From Phycisphaerales bacterium (GTDB lineage: Bacteria; Planctomycetota; Phycisphaerae; Phycisphaerales; UBA1924): a stretch of DNA of 64,000 nt. The stretch lies in the NCBI GenBank assembly GCA_965227775.1, contig OZ245777.1, positions 2,976,001-3,040,000 on the forward strand. The letters are read 5' to 3'. The position numbers were made by a program, and so were the translations under genes. Positions 38,962 to 49,046 of this stretch are shown in pieces; positions within the stretch are counted from its first letter, which is position 1, and the number at the start of each line of letters is the position of its first letter. The notes beneath the pieces are model-generated. The model saw nothing but the letters and a program-made list of their open reading frames with translations, was not told the DNA's origin and searched no databases.

Positions 38962-40884
38962 TTATGGGTCGCCGGGCGGCGTCGGATTCTGTGTGTCGGC
39001 TCGCCATTCGGCTTCGGCGTTCTTGAGCAGAGTGAGTATGCGACGCGCTTTGGGACGATCGCGCAGGTCCTCCTCGCCTTTGAGGTGTTGACGCGCCGTT
39101 CGTCCGTGTGGCCGGGCGGTTGGGTTGGCGCCGGCCTCGAGCAGAGTCTCGACGACTTCGTCTTGGAGATTGAGCGCCGCCACAACTAGCGCACGATTGC
39201 CCTCACGATCCGTCGCATCGAGATCAACCCCCAGCTCGGCCAGCCGCCGCACCATCGGCGCGCGGCCCTCGACTACTGGCGACATCAGCGCATCAGCCGG
39301 CAGCCAGCGTAAGGTGCGGGCCAGCACCGGGTCACGCTCGATGAACAGGTCGAGCGCCGGCACGTTGCCCCACAGGACCGCCGTCTCGACCGCGCTGGAC
39401 ACGGCCATGGGCGCACGGTCGAAGCCCAGATCGAGCAAGCGCCGCAGCGGCTCCACGTCGGGCGTGCCGTGTCCCGGCCAGCCCCACACATCGGCGAAAA
39501 CGGCGGCTGGGAGAAAGCCGGCCGACGCGGTCTCCTCGGGGTCGATTCCCCCGGCAATGAGTCGTTCGAACCACGCAAGATCACGATTCTCGAGCGCCCT
39601 GGTCGCGGCGCGGTTCAGGTCCTCCTCGCTCCAATCGAAGCGTTCGAGCGCACGCGTGCGGACTGTGTCGCCGCTGTAGGGAAGCAGGTCGAGCAGCAGG
39701 CCCGGGGGCGGACCGGGCGGCAGCGCCTCGACGACGGCGAGGATGATCTCGTCATCACCGCCCCAGAACGCGGCCTGCAGAGCGTTGTATTCGCGGCGCG
39801 GCTCGTTTGACGCAGCGCCCGCATCGAGCAAGGCGTGGACCGACTGCGTGTGCCCACCTTCTATGGCCCACATCAACGGTGCCGGTCGATAATCTGCGCG
39901 TCGCTGGAAGTTCATCTTTGGTGACGGCGCATCAACGGCCGCGCCCGCCGCCAGCAGCCGCTCGAGCGTGCGCACATCCCCTACCGCCGCCGCGTGGTGC
40001 AGGGGCGGCAGGCGGTCGATGGCCAACCACCGGTGCGTGAGCAGCGTGGAAGCAGCCCCGTTGGTCGCGACCAGCAACAGGAGCGACGCGACGATGACTG
40101 CCGGCGGCCAGAGTGCCGCAACGAGCGGCACACGCGCCCCCGCAGCATGACCACACTCGGGGCACGGCGAGTCGCTTGGAAGGCCATCGCGCGAGTGTCC
40201 GCAGCAGACGCATCGGCCACGCGAGCACCGGTGGATTCGCCGCAGTGCCGCTGGCACGGCTAGCGGCAGCAGCAAGAGCGACCACGCGGACGCGTACGCC
40301 AGCGTGTTGACCACCAAGCCGAAAGGCAGCGGTGAATAAGGCACGATCGCGCAGCCCTGCAGCACCGGCCACCGCTCGACCGAAGGCCGATGTTCTCGCT
40401 CAATGTGCTCGTGCGGAAGCGGCCAATCCACGGCGATTGCTGGAATGCCGCTCTCGACGTAGCGACCGGGCAAGACGTTGATCGCGCGGCCCAATACACG
40501 CTTCGCCCGCACGCACCGCATCGGCCACCCGGCGCTCACCTCCCACGCCATGTCCCGCGTGCGCTCGCGAGCCGGCGCGAACGGGCCTGGCTGGTCGGGC
40601 AGCCCGTGCCCCACGCTCCACGCCGGTAACGCCACTTTGGTCTCCAGATCTGGCGGCTCGTCCCACAAATCCAGGGGCTTGAACGTCCGCCACGTCAGCG
40701 TCCGATCGCGCCCCGACTCGACCAGCCACCCGCGCATCTCGGTCCGCGTGCCCGTGGGCGTGCCGGTCAGGAAAGTGTCGGGCCACGCCGAGCGATCGAC
40801 GAGCGCGCCGGCCCAGGCGACCAAGACACTGGTGCATAGGCCCAGGACGAGCAGCAGGAACAGCATGGCGACGAGCCGCCTCAT
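38962..40884 (-). CDS. Membrane protein with Zn-ribbon-like motif and ankyrin repeats (paralog 2)
   Basis: TM, GWPMRC, TM, C..CGH...CPECG, TM, PLHHAAAVGD and further ankyrin repeats. Confidence 0.8.
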   Translation of the reverse strand: MRRLVAMLFLLLVLGLCTSVLVAWAGALVDRSAWPDTFLTGTPTGTRTEMRGWLVESGRDRTLTWRTFKPLDLWDEPPDLETKVALPAWSVGHGLPDQPGPFAPARERTRDMAWEVSAGWPMRCVRAKRVLGRAINVLPGRYVESGIPAIAVDWPLPHEHIEREHRPSVERWPVLQGCAIVPYSPLPFGLVVNTLAYASAWSLLLLPLAVPAALRRIHRCSRGRCVCCGHSRDGLPSDSPCPECGHAAGARVPLVAALWPPAVIVASLLLLVATNGAASTLLTHRWLAIDRLPPLHHAAAVGDVRTLERLLAAGAAVDAPSPKMNFQRRADYRPAPLMWAIEGGHTQSVHALLDAGAASNEPRREYNALQAAFWGGDDEIILAVVEALPPGPPPGLLLDLLPYSGDTVRTRALERFDWSEEDLNRAATRALENRDLAWFERLIAGGIDPEETASAGFLPAAVFADVWGWPGHGTPDVEPLRRLLDLGFDRAPMAVSSAVETAVLWGNVPALDLFIERDPVLARTLRWLPADALMSPVVEGRAPMVRRLAELGVDLDATDREGNRALVVAALNLQDEVVETLLEAGANPTARPHGRTARQHLKGEEDLRDRPKARRILTLLKNAEAEWRADTQNPTPPGDP

Positions 40885-42830
40885 GGCGTTTCCTCGGCCG
40901 CGCGGAGCAGGTCATGGATCTCCTTGCCGCCAGGGGTACCGCCGCGGGCCTCCCACCAAAGCGCCCGCGGCGTGCGCCCGCGCTCGTCTTGTGCTGTCGC
41001 GTCGGCCCCGACTTCGAGCAGCACGCGGATGTTGGCGGCCTGGCCTTTGCGGGCCGCAACGTGCAGGGCCGTCACCGAGGCGTCGTTGCGCGCCTCAAGC
41101 GGCACGCCCAACTCGGCGAGCCGCCGGATGGCCTTGGGCGCCTCACCATTGAAGCACACTTGGTGCAGGGCCGTATTGCCAAGCCAGTCGACCCGCCGAA
41201 TATCGACGCCCTCGGCCACCAGGACCTCGATGGACGCCAGTGGGTCAGGCACGCTGCTCAAAAGTGACACGAAGTCGTCTTCCGAGATCCTGGCGTGATA
41301 CCCCCGATCGAACATCGTCTGGAGCAGATCTCCATCGCCCCAGCGGAACGCGGAGAGGGCCACGTCCTGTTCGTCCCGGAACGTACCGACCGTGCGATCG
41401 AGCACCATCTGCTGGATGGACTCATCGCATCCGGCCAGCGCGAGGTGGAAGAGTTGCAAGCGCGGTGTGCCACGGCCCATCGCCTCGGCCTGATCGAACA
41501 TCGCAGCGAGCAATGCCTCGTCACCCCGCCATGCCGCGATGGCGATGGGTGCGGGCGTGGTCTTGGGGGCGCTCGTGACCGACGCCCCCGCCGCCATTAA
41601 ACGCTCGGCGATGTCGTCGTGCCCGCACGCGACGGCGAGCGCGAGTGGCGCGCGGCGATCACCGATCATGTCGTAGTACGCGCCCGCTCCTATGAGTTCA
41701 TCGACGACCTGCGTGTGCCCCCGTGCGGCGGCCCACTCGATGGGCCGGGCGCCTTGCATCGGGCTGACGTTCAGCGGCCGAAGGTTGGGCGCGTCCTTGT
41801 CTGCCAGGGCCCCCGCCGCCAGCAGCTCGCGCACACGCTGGGCATGGCCATCGGCCGCGGCCTGGTGCATCGGCGGCAGGCGTTCGGCCGTGGTGATCCG
41901 CTGGGTACCCACGCTGCCGACCCAGGCGATCGAGAAAACCAGCGCGAGCGTTGGCAGGGCGACCATGCCGCGGAGCGGCCGCACGGGCCGCTGTCCCCGC
42001 GGTGTGTTGCACTCCGGGCAGGTGCCGGAGGGATCGCCGATGGTGCCCAACTCATACCCACACCGCAGGCACCGGCCCCGGCGCGAACGCCGCCTGGTAC
42101 GCCAGCGCAGCCAGAGGTGTACCGGCAGCATCAGCAGTTGCAAGATGGCCAGCCACACAAGCGCCCAGAAGACGGTGTTGACCACCAGCCCCGCCCACAT
42201 GGGCGTCAGCGGGATGGCGTGCTCGTCCTCGGTGTCCCAATGCAGCATGGAGGGGTTGAACGAGGTTTGACCCCACGGATACACCCAGTATGACGCGAGC
42301 ACGCCGCCGCGAATGCGCTCCCCGGGCGTATCGAGCCGATCATCTCCGGCGGCCCACCAAACACGCAAGCACCGCATGGGCCATCCAGCCTCGCGCTCCT
42401 CGAAGCTGGGCAGCGCGTGGACGAACAAGGCGATGGGAGCCGACTCTTCTGGCGGTGGCCGCTGCGCGCGGCTGAACGCTGGAACGCTGATTCCACTCCA
42501 ACTGCGTTCCCGGCCTTCCCTGCCGAGTGTGATACTGCGCAGATAGGCGTCCCTCGGGTTCTCGAACCACTCGGCCCGCCACCCCCAGCCCCAGCGGCGG
42601 GTCAGCGTCGCGTCGCTCCACTGCGCGATGCGCCACTGGTTCACCTCACCCAACTCGACTGTCGGCTCATTGAACCCTGTGTTGGTGAGCGGGTTGTGGA
42701 GGTCATACCCGCGCCACATGGTCGCCGACGCCCACGCAAGACCAATGCTGGTGGCCAGCCCGAGCGCCAGGAACAGGACGAGGATGAGCAATGCACGCCG
42801 CACGCCCCATCCTTGACCCGCTCGATGCAC
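40881..42830 (-). CDS. Membrane protein with Zn-ribbon-like motif and ankyrin repeats (paralog 1)
   Basis: GWPMRC, CLRCGY...CPEC, PMHQAAADG, GNTALH, TALHVAARKG; ATGA overlap with the next gene. Confidence 0.8.
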   Translation of the reverse strand: MHRAGQGWGVRRALLILVLFLALGLATSIGLAWASATMWRGYDLHNPLTNTGFNEPTVELGEVNQWRIAQWSDATLTRRWGWGWRAEWFENPRDAYLRSITLGREGRERSWSGISVPAFSRAQRPPPEESAPIALFVHALPSFEEREAGWPMRCLRVWWAAGDDRLDTPGERIRGGVLASYWVYPWGQTSFNPSMLHWDTEDEHAIPLTPMWAGLVVNTVFWALVWLAILQLLMLPVHLWLRWRTRRRSRRGRCLRCGYELGTIGDPSGTCPECNTPRGQRPVRPLRGMVALPTLALVFSIAWVGSVGTQRITTAERLPPMHQAAADGHAQRVRELLAAGALADKDAPNLRPLNVSPMQGARPIEWAAARGHTQVVDELIGAGAYYDMIGDRRAPLALAVACGHDDIAERLMAAGASVTSAPKTTPAPIAIAAWRGDEALLAAMFDQAEAMGRGTPRLQLFHLALAGCDESIQQMVLDRTVGTFRDEQDVALSAFRWGDGDLLQTMFDRGYHARISEDDFVSLLSSVPDPLASIEVLVAEGVDIRRVDWLGNTALHQVCFNGEAPKAIRRLAELGVPLEARNDASVTALHVAARKGQAANIRVLLEVGADATAQDERGRTPRALWWEARGGTPGGKEIHDLLRAAEETP

Positions 42831-42841
42831 CGTGACGGAAC

Positions 42842-45800
42842 CTACGCGGGCTGGGGCGTGCCGCCAGGGGCTGGGGCATCATCAGGCCGGCGCGAACGCG
42901 CGAGTGCCCGGCGGGCGGCCACGCGCATATCGATCACCAGGCTGAACATGAGCGGCGTGAGCAGCAGCGTAAAGAACGTGCTGACGAGCAGACCGCCCAC
43001 GACGACCGAACCCAGGCCGCGGTACATCTCCGAGCCAGCTCCGGGGAACAGCACCAGGGGCAGCATGCCGCCGACGCTCGTCATCGTGCCCATGAAGATG
43101 GGACGGATGCGGCTGGTCGTCGCCCGCGCGATCGCATCGTGGGCGTGATCGACGTCCACGTCGGGATCGGTGAGCGGGTCCTTCTCCATGAAATTCAGGC
43201 TCTGGTGCACGATCAGGATCGCGTTGTTCACCACGATACCGACGAGGATGACGAAGCCGAGGATCGTGAGCACGTCGAGGTTCTGCGGAGCGATCGTTGG
43301 GTCGGCAGCGGAGACCGCGTGCACCCAGGCGAGCGCCGCGAAACCGCCCACAATTGCCAGCGGAACCGTGAACATGATGACGAGCGGATACAAGAAGCTC
43401 TCGAAGAGCGCGCACATTAGCAGATAGACAACCGCGAGCGCCCACACGAAGCGAGCGGTGAGCAAGCCAGGGTTGGCCGCGAGGCCGCCGAACAGCATGA
43501 GCAGGATGCCGCCGACGAGCAACAGCCCGAGGGCGCCGTACGCGTAGAAGAACTTCTTGCGGCGAACGGCGACGATCAGCGTGATCATCGCCAGCACCAG
43601 GCCACCGCCCTGGGCCACCCAGCCGAACAGCCAGAGTGCACGAGACCCGGTGCCGCCCGATGCAACGCCGGCATCTTCGCCGCCCGCACCGAACATCGCC
43701 TGCTGCACCTCGTCGAGTTTCGCGGCCGTGCCCTCCAGGCGGATGCGCATGGTCGAGTCGATCTGGCCGCTCTCGCGCAGCGGCGTGATGATGTTCTGGC
43801 GGATCTCGTCCTTGACCTCGGCAACGGGCACGCCCTCGGGCGGGCGCACGTTGATGGTGACGCTGGGCAACTCCTCGACGCGGCTGATCTCCTGGGGCGC
43901 AAGGCCACGCTTGATATCAACGACGCTATCGATCGGCACCACGGGTCCGGCAGGCGTTGCGATCGGGATGCTCAGCATCTTCTCCATGTACTCGAGCCGG
44001 CCACCGAAAGGCAGCATGACCAGGTCCACCTGTTCGCCGTCGAGCTGGTAGTCGCCCACAAAGATGCCATCGAAGAGCCCGCGTACCGCGAGCCCCACGC
44101 CCTCGGTCGTCAGGCCCAGGTCTCGGCCCACCGAGTTGATCTCGGCCTGAAGTTCGGGCTGTTCGAGGCTGAAGTTGGCCGGGCTGGGCTGGACACGGCC
44201 ATACCCGTACGTGCCGGCTGCGCTGCGAAACGCCTGCTCGGCGACGGCCTTCACCTTGTCGAGGTTCGGACCGCTGATCTCGATATCGATGGTGCCGCCG
44301 CCGCGGATGCCACCACTGAACAGCGACGCCTGGCTCGCACCGCCGAAGATATCGCTGTTGAGCTGGTTGAAGCTGTTGGTGAGGATCTGGCCAACGGGGA
44401 TGACCACGCGCTCATCTGCGCTCGTCGCGCCGGCGAACATCGATGTTCCGAAGGCGCCGATGAAGAAGTTCTCGATCGCCACGGGCTCGTACGCGGGCAT
44501 CTGGCCGGTCACCGGGTCGGGCGCAAAGCCATAGGGAATCTTGGCCAATTGTGACGCGTCGGCGCTTCCGAGTTCCTGCGTGGTGTACGGACCGACCTGC
44601 GCCTCCATCCGCTCGGCAAGCTCGGTTCGTGCCTCAATGCTCAAGCCCGGCGGCAGCAAGAGTCCACCAAAGACGAGATTGCGGTTGCCCGCGGGCAGAT
44701 AGTCAAGCGGTGGCATGAGCACCCACGAAAGAAGCAGGCTCGCGGCTGTTAGGGCAACAATCACCAGCGGTCGCAGCGAGGCGCCACGCCACGATCCCAT
44801 GAGCCAGCCGATGGCCCTGCCGAAGCCCTCGGACGCCGCGTTACCGAGCGTCGCGAGCCCGCCGAGCGAGCGGAGCGCTCGGCCCGCCCTGGTCTTGGGC
44901 TTGCTCGGCTGGCCCAGAACGGCGGCGCTCGCCGACGGGATAACCGTGAGCGAAACGACAAGCGAGAGCGACACGGCTCCCACGATCGCCAACGAGATGT
45001 CGCGGAAGAGCTGGCCGGCTTCTTCCTGGATAGTCAGGATCGGCACGAACACGACGACGGTAGTAAGCGTGGATGCGAGGACCGCACCCCACACTTCTCG
45101 CGCCCCTTCGTACGCAGCGATCGCCGGCTTCTTGCCCATCGCGCGGTGGCGATCGATATTCTCCAGCACCACGATGGCGTTGTCGACCACCATACCAACG
45201 GCAAACGCCAAGCCCGCAAGGGAGACGACGTTCAGCGTGCGCCCCAGGCCCAGCAACACAAGGAACGTGCCGATGATCGAGATCGGGATAGCAACCGCGA
45301 TCACGAGCGTCGCCTGCACGCTGCGAAGGAACACCAGCAGCACGATGCCGGCGAGGATGCCGCCGATCCACAGGTTCTCGAGTACGAGGTCAATGGCCGA
45401 ACTGATGTAGGTCGTCTCGTCGTAGACCTGACGCAGCCGCAGGTACGGGCCCACCTCGGGATGCAGGTTCGGCAAGATGTCCTGCCGGATCTGGTCGAGC
45501 TGCACCCGCATGTCGGTCATGACCTCGACCACGTTGGCGTCGGTCTGCCGGAGCGCGTTGATTGCCAGGCACGGCTGTCCCAGCGACCGCACGAAGCCGC
45601 GGGCCTTCTCGTGGCTCAGCTCGACCGTGCCGATATCGCGCATGTACACGGGCTTGCCATCGCGGTAGGCGACGATGGTGTCAAGCACCTGCTGCGGATC
45701 GTTGAACTGGCCAACGACGCGCACCCGGTAGTCGCGCTTGCCTTCGGCGAGCGTGCCGGCCGAGACGTTGCGGTTCTCACCGCGCAGCGCGTCGAACACG

Positions 45801-46429
45801 TCGACGTGGTTCAGCCCGCGCTGGGCCATCGCGTAAGGATCGAGCAGCACGCGTACCTCGCGCTCGCGACCGCCGTATACGTTGACCTCGGCCACGCCGC
45901 CGACGCGTTCGAGGAACGGACGAATCTCGCGATCCACGGGATCAAATAGCGTTGTGATATCGAAGTCGCCGAACTCCTCAAGGTGCTCGGGGTCGATATC
46001 GATGATGATCCACGCGATCGCGTTCTCGGGGCCACCGCTCGTGTCAGCGATGATCGGCTCGTCGACCTCTTCGGGGTAGTCGGGCACCTGCCGCAGCGCG
46101 TCAGAGACTTCCTGTAGCGCGCGATCGATGTCTGAGCCAATGAAGAACTCGAGCGTCACCGACGCCGAGCCCTCGCTGCTCATCGAACGCATCGACTTGA
46201 GATTCGACACATTCTTGAGCTGCTCTTCCTGCTCCTTGGTGATCTCGTCGACCACTTCTTGCGGGCTGCGGCCCGGCCAGAACGTCGAAACAGTGATGAC
46301 CGGTCGGTCGACCGTGGGAGTGAGCTGGATCGGGATCGCACCGACACCGATGAGCCCGAACATCACCACGATGAGCACGGCCACAACCACGCCCACGGGT
46401 CGCTGGATCGCGAGTCGAACGAGGTCCAC
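42842..46429 (-). CDS. RND family efflux transporter permease (AcrB/AcrD/AcrF-like)
   Basis: AIQRPV, PGRSPQEV, GMVVDNAIVVLENI, GIVVNNAILIV, RIRPIFM. Confidence 0.95.
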   Translation of the reverse strand: MDLVRLAIQRPVGVVVAVLIVVMFGLIGVGAIPIQLTPTVDRPVITVSTFWPGRSPQEVVDEITKEQEEQLKNVSNLKSMRSMSSEGSASVTLEFFIGSDIDRALQEVSDALRQVPDYPEEVDEPIIADTSGGPENAIAWIIIDIDPEHLEEFGDFDITTLFDPVDREIRPFLERVGGVAEVNVYGGREREVRVLLDPYAMAQRGLNHVDVFDALRGENRNVSAGTLAEGKRDYRVRVVGQFNDPQQVLDTIVAYRDGKPVYMRDIGTVELSHEKARGFVRSLGQPCLAINALRQTDANVVEVMTDMRVQLDQIRQDILPNLHPEVGPYLRLRQVYDETTYISSAIDLVLENLWIGGILAGIVLLVFLRSVQATLVIAVAIPISIIGTFLVLLGLGRTLNVVSLAGLAFAVGMVVDNAIVVLENIDRHRAMGKKPAIAAYEGAREVWGAVLASTLTTVVVFVPILTIQEEAGQLFRDISLAIVGAVSLSLVVSLTVIPSASAAVLGQPSKPKTRAGRALRSLGGLATLGNAASEGFGRAIGWLMGSWRGASLRPLVIVALTAASLLLSWVLMPPLDYLPAGNRNLVFGGLLLPPGLSIEARTELAERMEAQVGPYTTQELGSADASQLAKIPYGFAPDPVTGQMPAYEPVAIENFFIGAFGTSMFAGATSADERVVIPVGQILTNSFNQLNSDIFGGASQASLFSGGIRGGGTIDIEISGPNLDKVKAVAEQAFRSAAGTYGYGRVQPSPANFSLEQPELQAEINSVGRDLGLTTEGVGLAVRGLFDGIFVGDYQLDGEQVDLVMLPFGGRLEYMEKMLSIPIATPAGPVVPIDSVVDIKRGLAPQEISRVEELPSVTINVRPPEGVPVAEVKDEIRQNIITPLRESGQIDSTMRIRLEGTAAKLDEVQQAMFGAGGEDAGVASGGTGSRALWLFGWVAQGGGLVLAMITLIVAVRRKKFFYAYGALGLLLVGGILLMLFGGLAANPGLLTARFVWALAVVYLLMCALFESFLYPLVIMFTVPLAIVGGFAALAWVHAVSAADPTIAPQNLDVLTILGFVILVGIVVNNAILIVHQSLNFMEKDPLTDPDVDVDHAHDAIARATTSRIRPIFMGTMTSVGGMLPLVLFPGAGSEMYRGLGSVVVGGLLVSTFFTLLLTPLMFSLVIDMRVAARRALARSRRPDDAPAPGGTPQPA

Positions 46430-46432
46430 GGA

Positions 46433-47602
46433 TCAGCCCCTCCCGCCGGAGCCAGCACCCTGCGCCGGCTGCTGGTCAGCGGGCAGGTTCAGGATGTTGA
46501 GCGGCTGCATCGGGAACATGCGCTCGTTCCCCTCGATCACCACCATCGCGCCTGGCGGCATCGCGTTGGCACGGATGGCAACCCGCTCGCCCGAGGCGAA
46601 CAGCCTCGTCACGCGCGCGGGCGCTGCGGCGAATCCGCCTCCCTGGCCCGGCACCGCGAAGTACACGTATTCGCCCGCGTCATCGCGGAGCATGGCGTCC
46701 TTGTGCACCGTGAGCGTCGGCTCGGTCACACCCGTGGGCGTCAGCCCGATCACGCTCATGCCAGGTCGGAATCGCTCCCGCTCGTTGGAGAGCACGACGC
46801 GTACCGGGAACAGCCTGCTGCGCGGATCGGCATCGGGCACGATGGTGTACCGCTCGGCCTCGACCTCGTCTCCGGTCGCAGAGATACGGACCCGCACACG
46901 CCCGTCGTCCTGGGCCAGCCGATCGATGAGCCTCTCGGGCACGTCGATCCAGGCCTCGACCGTCTCGAGCGACACAAGCTCGGCGACGGGATCGCCCGCA
47001 CCGAGCCACTGGCCGATCTCCGCACCGCGACGCACGATGCGGCCGCTGAACGGCGCTCGCACGACCATGTCCTCGACACGCGTCTGGGCAAGATCGACGA
47101 GCACTTCGTTCAGCACGACGTCGGCGCGAGACGCCGCCAAGCGGGCTTCGGCGGCTTGCAAATCGGTGCGGGCCTGATCGATCTCACGTTCGTTTCCACC
47201 GCCACGATCGAATGTCTGCTGCACGCGTTCGAGATCCCGCCGGGCATTGTCAACCAATGCCTCCCGCTCAGCAACGACAGCCTTCACACTCTCAAGGAAT
47301 GCCTGAGCGCGTCGCAACTCTAGTGTTGCGCGCTGATCGTCGAGCCGTGCGATGACCTGGCCCGCTGCGACCGATTCACCCTCACGCACGAGCATCTCGG
47401 CGACGAGGCCTTCCTCTTCGGCCGCCAAAACGCTGCGGCGTGCGGCACGGATTTCGCCAGTGGACTCGCGCCAGGTTTCGAGCGGCTCGCTCCGGGCCTG
47501 ATCGATGCGCACGGTTGCCGGCGGCGCCTGGCCAAGGGCTTGGTCCGAGATGAGAAGCAAGGCCCCCAGCACCGCCGCAACGACGGCCGCATTCAGTCGC
47601 AT
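46433..47602 (-). CDS. RND periplasmic adaptor (membrane fusion protein)
   Basis: VREGESVAAGQVIARLD, coiled coil, VRAPFSG, RPGMS; TGATG overlap with the upstream gene. Confidence 0.92.
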   Translation of the reverse strand: MRLNAAVVAAVLGALLLISDQALGQAPPATVRIDQARSEPLETWRESTGEIRAARRSVLAAEEEGLVAEMLVREGESVAAGQVIARLDDQRATLELRRAQAFLESVKAVVAEREALVDNARRDLERVQQTFDRGGGNEREIDQARTDLQAAEARLAASRADVVLNEVLVDLAQTRVEDMVVRAPFSGRIVRRGAEIGQWLGAGDPVAELVSLETVEAWIDVPERLIDRLAQDDGRVRVRISATGDEVEAERYTIVPDADPRSRLFPVRVVLSNERERFRPGMSVIGLTPTGVTEPTLTVHKDAMLRDDAGEYVYFAVPGQGGGFAAAPARVTRLFASGERVAIRANAMPPGAMVVIEGNERMFPMQPLNILNLPADQQPAQGAGSGGRG

Positions 47603-49035
47603 CAGTTGTCCTCCGAAGCATCGCGCCGTGAGAGCGACGACCCCTCCATCAAGTACATGCCGTAGAGCCACTTACCGCGCACAAACGGGTCGACCTTTAA
47701 CCGGCCCTTGACTACGCCGAACATCGGACGCTGTTCGATTGGCACCGCGAGCGACACCTCGATCGCATCATACGGTGTTGGTGGCACACCAAGGCAGCAT
47801 CCGTCCCACGGGTGCTGCATAAGGAGCAATTCGCTGACAAACCGCTCGGCAAATGGGATGGCGAAATTGCCCTCGAACCTGACCCACTTGCCATCAAACA
47901 TCGTTACGCGCTCCGGCAAGACAAGCCGGCCGCGCGACGGGTTGAACGTCTCGCTGGCAGACATCATCAGATCCCACGGCAGCACATACGGATCACTCGA
48001 GGTACCAGAGCCAGGCACGGTGAAGCGATCGTCGATCTTCAGCTTGCCATCGATGCGCTCGATCTTGGCCGGCCGGACGTCGAAGCCCGCGAACTCACTC
48101 GGTGCCTCGCCAAATCCATCTGGCCTCGGCAGCTTGCGGATCTCGGCCCACAGGTCCTCGGTTTCGGGCGGCGGGCGTGTCGACTCGACGCTCGTGCCAC
48201 CGGCCCACTCCGTGAGCGTGAGGCCAGGCAGCGGCTCGACGCGGAGCAATCGCTCGGCGCCAAATGCAAGGACCTCACCATCCGGACCGCGACCAACGTA
48301 GGCCGCGAGCTTTCCGACCTCGTTGAGCAGTGGCGCGCCGAGCCATTGCTCAGTGAGCGGCTCGGTGAGCTCGACCCGGACAACCTGGTCCTTCACCCTC
48401 ACCCGCGAGACCGTGCGAAGCTCGCTCGGGTGGTTCGGGGTCACGGAACCCGGATCGGTCGCACGATCGATCATCAGGAGTTGCTCGTCGGGGAACGGCT
48501 CGAGGATCGCCATCTGCAAGCCGCGTAGGAGCTCGCTGGGGAGGTCAACGGTCAGCAGGACCAGGTCGATCTCCGGCACATCGGCAACGATGCGCTGAAC
48601 CTCAAATCGGCGACCAACGTCGAGCAAGACTTCGCCGCGTACGGCACCCTCGGCGACCGACCTGGGCACCGCGATCCGTCCCGGACCCACGAAGAACCCC
48701 GCAGAGACGCTCGGCTCGTCATCATCCTGGCCGAACAACTCGACGCTGGCGACCGCGGGCGAGTAGAGCGGCGCCATCGCAGCGAGTCCGAGGTTTTGGT
48801 GCTCGGCGGACTGGGCAACCTGCTCGCGGACCGATACGGACACCGATGCCTCGTTCGCTCCAGCGACGGGCAGCACGGGCTCTGCGGCCCTCGCCCTCGG
48901 CTCGGCTGGTTCGGTCGAACGGCTTGCCCCTGCCTCGAACAGCGCCACCGCGACCACGGCCAGCACCACGAGGCATACGAAGCCACCGACGAAGACCGCC
49001 GGCGGCAGCTTGCTCTGCTTTGTCCCGTCCATCAT
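47602..49035 (-). CDS. Membrane-anchored protein: degenerate trypsin-like domain + C-terminal DUF3299-like domain
   Basis: SAGFFV...IDLVLL...LGAPLLNEVG (protease fold lacking catalytic His/Ser motifs); LPWDLM...DGKWVRFEG..IP...HPWDGCCLGVPP. Confidence 0.65.
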   Translation of the reverse strand: MMDGTKQSKLPPAVFVGGFVCLVVLAVVAVALFEAGASRSTEPAEPRARAAEPVLPVAGANEASVSVSVREQVAQSAEHQNLGLAAMAPLYSPAVASVELFGQDDDEPSVSAGFFVGPGRIAVPRSVAEGAVRGEVLLDVGRRFEVQRIVADVPEIDLVLLTVDLPSELLRGLQMAILEPFPDEQLLMIDRATDPGSVTPNHPSELRTVSRVRVKDQVVRVELTEPLTEQWLGAPLLNEVGKLAAYVGRGPDGEVLAFGAERLLRVEPLPGLTLTEWAGGTSVESTRPPPETEDLWAEIRKLPRPDGFGEAPSEFAGFDVRPAKIERIDGKLKIDDRFTVPGSGTSSDPYVLPWDLMMSASETFNPSRGRLVLPERVTMFDGKWVRFEGNFAIPFAERFVSELLLMQHPWDGCCLGVPPTPYDAIEVSLAVPIEQRPMFGVVKGRLKVDPFVRGKWLYGMYLMEGSSLSRRDASEDN

Positions 49036-49046
49036 CAGGCAGAAGA

